Assembly (NCBI GenBank): GCA_963733095.1
Contig: CAVTBV010000013.1
Location: 320,001-384,000, forward strand
Source of the DNA: Candidatus Bathyarchaeota archaeon
Lineage (GTDB): Archaea > Thermoproteota > Bathyarchaeia > Bathyarchaeales > Bathycorpusculaceae
Direction: 5' to 3'
Length of the DNA: 64,000 nt
How positions within the stretch are numbered: position 1 is the stretch's first letter; every line of letters starts with the position of its first letter. The notes under the pieces were generated by a model that was not told where the DNA came from, did no database searches, and was given only the letters and a program-made list of their open reading frames with translations. Below are positions 58,830-64,000 of the stretch, one piece after another. The position numbers and the translations under genes were made by a program.

Positions 58830-61637
58830 TTAGTGGGTGACTTGTTTTTTGACTCCTTCTTCAGCCGCCTGTACCGCTTCCGCTAGTTTGTCTGGTTTTG
58901 TTCCGCCGCCCTGTGCAAAGTTAGGTCTTCCGCCACCTCCGCCGCCAAAAATCGGCGCCGCCTCCTTAACAATGATCCCTGCGTTGACACCCTTCTGCAC
59001 CGCGATATCTCCAGCCATAAGCATTATCCTGCAGGTTTTGCCATCTGAACCATAGAATAACGTGACGGTCGCCTCATTTTTCTTTATGATTTCGCTTCCG
59101 GTTCGCAGCATGCGGTCTGCATCGATTATTTCGCCGAAGTCCCGCTTAACAATCACTACTCCATCAACTTCCGTTGTTGCTTCACAGGTCTGAGACTGCC
59201 CAACCGCGCTTTCCTTCTCGGCTAATTCCTTGATTAGCTTGCGTTTTTCGACGTTAGCTTCTTTGAGTTCCTTAACTACTTTTTCGGCGGTCTTGTCGAG
59301 TTTGTCGATGGGTGATTTTAGGGCTTCGGAGACTTTCAAGAGCAGGCTCTCCTGGTCCTGCACTGCCTTTAAGGCCTTTAGTCCAACTGCATAGCCAAGA
59401 CGCTCAATGCCATCTTGCACGCGTTCAGTGTAAACTATTTTAACAAAACCTACCTCACCCGTGTGGTCAAGATGTGTACCCGCACATGCTTCAACATCCC
59501 AATCGCCCGTCCTGACGACACGGATATCTTTGCCGGGAACTGCTCCACCCTGATAGAGCCTAAAGCCGTAGCGGGTTTCTGCTTCGTTGCGTGGGAGCCA
59601 GGTGGTTTCTATTTTCATGTTGGCGGCGATAGCTTGATTTGCGAGGGTTTCAATTTTGTAGATTTCTTCTTGGGTTAGTCTTCGGTAGTGTGTGATGTCG
59701 AGGCGTGAGGTTTCCAAGCCTTTTTGCGTGCCCGATTGCCAAATGTGCTCGCCTAAAACGCGTCTTGCGGCTCCGTTGATGAGGTGGGTGACTGTGTGGG
59801 CTTTCATGAGCGAGTAGCGTCTTTCCCAATCAATTGTTCCATGCACTGTACTGCCTTCCGTGAAAGTTGCTGGGGACTTGAGTTTGTGCATGATAACTTT
59901 GCCGATTTTCTGTACGTCAATCACGTCGAACTTTGCGTCGCCGCTTGTTAGCCAGCCTTGATCAGTTGGTTGTCCTCCGCCTTCAGGGTACAAGCAGGTT
60001 TTGTCCAGCACCACGTAGGTGCCGTTGATGATTTTGAGGACTTCAGCATCGAACTCTTTTTGGTAAACGTCAGAGTAATAAAGTTGCTCTGTTCCCGGCA
60101 GCTGCTCAGCGGCTTTCTGAAGTGTCTGTTCAGCTTGTGCCTCTTCTTCCTCCACTGGCTTAGGCGCCTGCATGTGACGGTTGGCGATTAGTGCGTAAAA
60201 GTTCTCGGGTACCTCAACTTCGACGCCTTCTTTTTCGGCGGCTTGCTTTACGATTTCTGGTGGGAGTCCATGTGAATCGTAGAGTTCTGTGAGTGTGTCC
60301 ATGGGTAGTTTGCCTGTGCCTTTGGTCTTAAGGTCAGCTGCGATGCGTTTAACCATGCCTTCGCCGCGTTTGAGGGTTTCCACGAACTTTTCTTCTTCAA
60401 CTTTAAGCATTTCGATGATTTCTTTTTGCATTTCTTTTATGCGTGGGAAATCTTTGCCCCAGTAATCCGCCTGCATGTCCAATATGTCATAGAGTTTGGC
60501 TGGGTCCATGTTTAAGGAGCGCATTAAGCGATAAACTCGTCGGAACAGCAGTCTTGCTAGATAGCCTTCTTGGATGTTTGATGGCACGACGCCTTCGCTT
60601 AGCATGAAGCTTAGGGTTTTGGTGTGGTCGGTGACTGCCCACGCGTTCTCAATTGGGATGAGGACTTTGTCGAGGGTTTGCATGTCGATGCCCGTTAACT
60701 CGGAAACGCGTTTGCGGGCAACGAGGCGGTTTGCACGTTTGTCAACGCTGACCAAACCTGAATACTTGGCTACCCGTGTCAAGAAATCGTTGTCAACGTT
60801 AGTTATTCCAGCCATCCCCATGACTTTGTCGAGCATGTCGCCATAGATTGCTTGAAATAGGCTTGGAACGCCCTGGCTTATCCATGTGAAACGGTCAATA
60901 CCATAACCAGTATCCACCGTGCGAATGGGTAACTCAACGAAGTCGTCGCCCACAACCTTGTACTGCATAAACACTAGTGTGCCGACTTCGAGTCCGCGGC
61001 ATATGCATTCTACATCTGGACCAGCGTTTCCTCCGCCAACCCACACGCCCTCCTTGTAGATGACTTCCTCCGACTTTATGCCAAGACATTCGGTGGCAAA
61101 TCGGTGGTGAAAGCGTACTGTGTCGTCTTTCCAGTAGATTTCCTTGTTTGGGTAGTTAAAGGCGTGTGCTCCGCCCATTTCAAAGATGGTTAAGTGCCTT
61201 CCAAAAGTGGGGCCAGTGTTGGATATGTCGGTGAGTCTGATGCAAGGCTGAGAAATGACGAGCGGGTTAGCTGGCGGCGGCGCGATTCCCTCCGTAACGT
61301 AGGGTTGAAAATCGATGATGCTTGCATGAGTTAGGTAAATGTCTTTTCTCCAACGCGCCACAACTGGGTAAGGCTTGATGCGGGTATGCCCGTTCTTTTC
61401 AAAAAATGAAAGGAATGCTTCCCGCATTTCGGAGAGGCTGAACTTTTTGCTTGTTGCGGGGTTGCCAAGGAAAGTGTAGCATCCGCACTCGTCTGAGCCT
61501 GATTCGCCGCAGGTTTCTTGGTCTGCGTTTTGAGTCCAGAAATATTCGCCGCATTTTGGGCAGTGTTTGCGTACGAATCCTTCTTGTTTGAAGAATGGAA
61601 GTTGGTATGCTTCTGGCGGGAAGGTTTTTTCAACCAT
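58830..61637 (-). CDS. alaS: Alanine--tRNA ligase (archaeal type)
   Basis: PYPVVARWR, ASIIDFQP, DTGYG, HTVTH..EACAGTH editing site, GGGGGRP. Confidence 0.97.
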   Translation of the reverse strand: MVEKTFPPEAYQLPFFKQEGFVRKHCPKCGEYFWTQNADQETCGESGSDECGCYTFLGNPATSKKFSLSEMREAFLSFFEKNGHTRIKPYPVVARWRKDIYLTHASIIDFQPYVTEGIAPPPANPLVISQPCIRLTDISNTGPTFGRHLTIFEMGGAHAFNYPNKEIYWKDDTVRFHHRFATECLGIKSEEVIYKEGVWVGGGNAGPDVECICRGLEVGTLVFMQYKVVGDDFVELPIRTVDTGYGIDRFTWISQGVPSLFQAIYGDMLDKVMGMAGITNVDNDFLTRVAKYSGLVSVDKRANRLVARKRVSELTGIDMQTLDKVLIPIENAWAVTDHTKTLSFMLSEGVVPSNIQEGYLARLLFRRVYRLMRSLNMDPAKLYDILDMQADYWGKDFPRIKEMQKEIIEMLKVEEEKFVETLKRGEGMVKRIAADLKTKGTGKLPMDTLTELYDSHGLPPEIVKQAAEKEGVEVEVPENFYALIANRHMQAPKPVEEEEAQAEQTLQKAAEQLPGTEQLYYSDVYQKEFDAEVLKIINGTYVVLDKTCLYPEGGGQPTDQGWLTSGDAKFDVIDVQKIGKVIMHKLKSPATFTEGSTVHGTIDWERRYSLMKAHTVTHLINGAARRVLGEHIWQSGTQKGLETSRLDITHYRRLTQEEIYKIETLANQAIAANMKIETTWLPRNEAETRYGFRLYQGGAVPGKDIRVVRTGDWDVEACAGTHLDHTGEVGFVKIVYTERVQDGIERLGYAVGLKALKAVQDQESLLLKVSEALKSPIDKLDKTAEKVVKELKEANVEKRKLIKELAEKESAVGQSQTCEATTEVDGVVIVKRDFGEIIDADRMLRTGSEIIKKNEATVTLFYGSDGKTCRIMLMAGDIAVQKGVNAGIIVKEAAPIFGGGGGGRPNFAQGGGTKPDKLAEAVQAAEEGVKKQVTH

Positions 61638-61824
61638 GAATGGTCATCTTTTCTTGTGAGTTGGTTTATTGTTGCAGGGTTTAAGGGTTTCGCGGATTTA
61701 AAGGATTTCAATGAAATTTATGGTTTATTTATCTCAAAACGGCTTAGATTATTTCCCGACAGCATCGTGCATAAAGGTTTGTTTGGTATAAAAAACCTAT
61801 TATATTTCTTATGAAAACATCGGG

Positions 61825-62349
61825 TTGATTGGCTTGAAGAGAAAAATTGTATTAATCTTATTTTTTGCTGTTGCAGTGTTAACTTTTGCTGGAATTTTAT
61901 TGGAACAAACTTATGTTGAAACACAGAACCTCTCTGTCGCCAATCCAAATAACACCGATAACCCAACAGCAAGTTCAACTCCGACTACAACAACATTCAT
62001 CTCACCCTCACCCACAAGCACAATTGCGCCCACAATGACGCCCTTGGAAAGCGTAAAGATAGCTTCAGCAAGCATAGACAACGCCACCGCCGCCTCAGTA
62101 ACTGCCAACTCACAAACTGGACAAGATATTATTTCACAAAAATAATCTTAAAAGATGCGTTGGGAAACACGTTAGCCATTGACGAATCCATCCATCAAAC
62201 CTTGCCTGCAGATGGAACCCCCGACAAAAATCGCAATTAACTAGCATAACACTGATTTTGATATGGATGGTAACTTTAAGTTGATTATTGCAACCACTGA
62301 TGGCATTAGTTTTACTTACCCCACTTGCTACCGCTGTTCTATTAAGTAA
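61825..62349 (+). pseudogene. Decayed membrane-anchored surface protein
   Basis: TM plus Thr/Pro stalk; protein-like reading continues in shifted frames (FTKIILKDALGNTL..LPADG / FKLIIATTDGISF) with an internal TAG. Confidence 0.6.
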
Positions 62350-62469
62350 ATTTTTTTTGTATTTTGCCAAGCATGCGCTCCAAAAATCGATTTTGATCAA
62401 TCACTATTAATAATTTTTAATTTAAAGATAAAAGAAACCACAAGTTAGCAAGCGGTTTTATAGTTTCTC

Positions 62470-62838
62470 TTATGCCTGGCACACAATTACATGTCTGGGC
62501 TTCATGGTTAAGGAGGCTTTATCAACTGTGGCTAACTCGTAGACTGTTAAGTTATTTATGGCCTTTCGGGTGCAGCTATCGGCACATTGGTAGCAGAAGA
62601 GGCATTTGTCTAGTCTGAATTGGGGGCGTTTTTTCCCGTAGAAATCAACCATTTGTATGGCTCCGCTGGGGCAATCTCTGCTACAAATCCCGCAACCGAC
62701 GCATTTTTTCATGTCGAGTTCCATTTGACCTCGATAATTATCTTGTAATTGTGGTTTGTCAAAAGGGTATCCAGCTGTTGCTGGTTTGGTAAAAAAATAG
62801 GATGCTACTTTTTTATATATTGGAGATATTTTTGCCAT
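62470..62838 (-). CDS. NuoI/hydrogenase-type 2x[4Fe-4S] protein (stand-alone)
   Basis: KPAT.GYPF..YRG; CVGCGICSRDCP; CLFCYQCADSC; start re-called to ATG 62838. Confidence 0.85.
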   Translation of the reverse strand: MAKISPIYKKVASYFFTKPATAGYPFDKPQLQDNYRGQMELDMKKCVGCGICSRDCPSGAIQMVDFYGKKRPQFRLDKCLFCYQCADSCTRKAINNLTVYELATVDKASLTMKPRHVIVCQA

Positions 62839-63118
62839 TTTTTTTTCACCCGCTCCTTTTTGGCAAAAGCAAATGGCTATTGTTATCTCTTTGTTTGTGT
62901 GGTCAGAACGCGTGCGGGAATACTTTGAGTCCTCCACAATTTGGAGGTTAATGCTCCTTATCTTGTTGAGAGTGACTTGTTTGCGAGGTTTTGCTGTTTT
63001 GCTTTTGCCTCACTATATAACAATGTTATGTGTGCTTATTATGGATTATGCCTTTCCACAAATTTAAACCCCATTTCGGGCTCGTTTCCATATAAAAACC
63101 AAAAGTTTAAACAACACA

Positions 63119-64000
63119 CTATGGAAAATGCCACATACCAATCAACCTACAGCCTGAATCTTCACGCTTTTCTTGTCCATAACGTCTAAGTGGCTTAGTT
63201 AAGTGCCGCTGGGAACGTGTCGAAGTTACATAAAGCCCAGTCTCAAGACCCCTATGAACAACGGACTCCTTCTTTTGCAAATCAGAATACTTGCCGCCGC
63301 ATTTCTCACATCGAAAGCCCTGATTTTTCCCCATCGACTTCAAACGTTTGCCGCAGTTGAGGCAGAGCGGATTTTCAAAACTTAACTGGGGTGAAAGCTT
63401 TAGGACATTAATTTTTTCCAAATTAATCGTTAACGGCTTGCTCGCAGTTGCCTTGTGCACGGCACCGTAGACTTCGATGCTATCGCTAATCACGAGTTCC
63501 CTCGCAATCTTGCGTAGGTCTCCTGTGGGCTCATAGGCAGCACAATCAACTTCGGCTGAATCGTCTTTAATGGAGAAGATGACATGACGCAGTGGAATTA
63601 TCCTTGGGTTTTTTGAGACCGTGCCCTTGACGATGACCGAGCTGTAGGCTTCAAGTTTACTTAACTTTACCATCGGTTTTAGGTGGGCATCTGTGCCTTG
63701 GTTGCTGCGGAAAATCACCCAGCGTTCCACAGGCTCCAGAGGCTTAACCAACTCGAACGCTTTCTTAACTATTTCTGGGGATTCACCTCTTATCCCAAAC
63801 AAGATTGGGTCCGGACCACGCGGCGTGATGATAACTCTGCCCTTTTCCAAATCCACATTGTTAAATGTATAAGGCGCTGTCAACTTATCCATTTCAAAAA
63901 TCGATGCTTCATAAACCTGTCTTTTTGTGCCCAAGTTTTCAGGGGTGCGGTAAGCGATTAATTCGTAGGTGTGGTCACCATCTAAAGTTTCGCCAATTGC
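63119..64000 (-). CDS. tiaS: tRNA(Ile2) agmatinylcytidine synthetase, 5'-truncated by window edge
   Basis: YTFNNVD..TPRGPDPILFGIRG, SNQGTD.HL, CAAYEPT, Zn ribbon, RHLTKP..R. Confidence 0.93.
   Translation of the reverse strand, partial: AIGETLDGDHTYELIAYRTPENLGTKRQVYEASIFEMDKLTAPYTFNNVDLEKGRVIITPRGPDPILFGIRGESPEIVKKAFELVKPLEPVERWVIFRSNQGTDAHLKPMVKLSKLEAYSSVIVKGTVSKNPRIIPLRHVIFSIKDDSAEVDCAAYEPTGDLRKIARELVISDSIEVYGAVHKATASKPLTINLEKINVLKLSPQLSFENPLCLNCGKRLKSMGKNQGFRCEKCGGKYSDLQKKESVVHRGLETGLYVTSTRSQRHLTKPLRRYGQEKREDSGCRLIGMWHFP

Noticed and set aside
62320-62346. cccacttgctaccgctgttctattaag resembling the propeller promoter motif
   Set aside because: Lacks TCAGTG, spacing differs, lies in a decayed coding frame and has no downstream gene on that strand.
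1-64000. CRISPR array, DGR/retron reverse transcriptase, IS transposase, rRNA/tRNA
   Set aside because: No regularly spaced repeat-spacer units, RT motif, transposase ORF or stable-RNA fold was recognised by eye; a tRNAscan/Infernal run would be needed to exclude divergent cases.

Overview
Archaeal chromosome segment, most likely Bathyarchaeia. This is inferred from TFB, TiaS, archaeal AlaRS/AsnRS, TATA promoters, PEF-CTERM and the expanded membrane-anchored 'PQQ-like' beta-propeller family. Bases 1-~9.8 kb are the right part of an integrated mobile element: a divergent MCM-like helicase, a putative origin, many small HTH/RHH/Zn-finger ORFs and a divergent operator switch. The rest contains porGDAB, a surface molybdopterin oxidoreductase, a CDF and an MFS transporter, a TrmB regulator, three ~900-aa beta-propeller surface proteins, asnS, a P-type ATPase-satP-acs block, dnaJ separated from grpE-dnaK by an ~8.6 kb insert (extra TFB, FAS1-YegP fusion, KGG protein), alaS and tiaS. 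Best leads: (1) an operon pairing a single double-cubane (DCCP-like) reductase with a BzdPQ-type ATPase heterodimer, ferredoxin and membrane Fe-S/thiol proteins; (2) a three-copy family of intergenic structured RNAs, plus several other long hairpins, that display Shine-Dalgarno-like purine loops; (3) a 30-bp promoter motif and 5'-leader hairpin shared by all three beta-propeller genes. No tRNA, rRNA or CRISPR array was recognised. All family assignments come from motif recognition by eye, not database searches.
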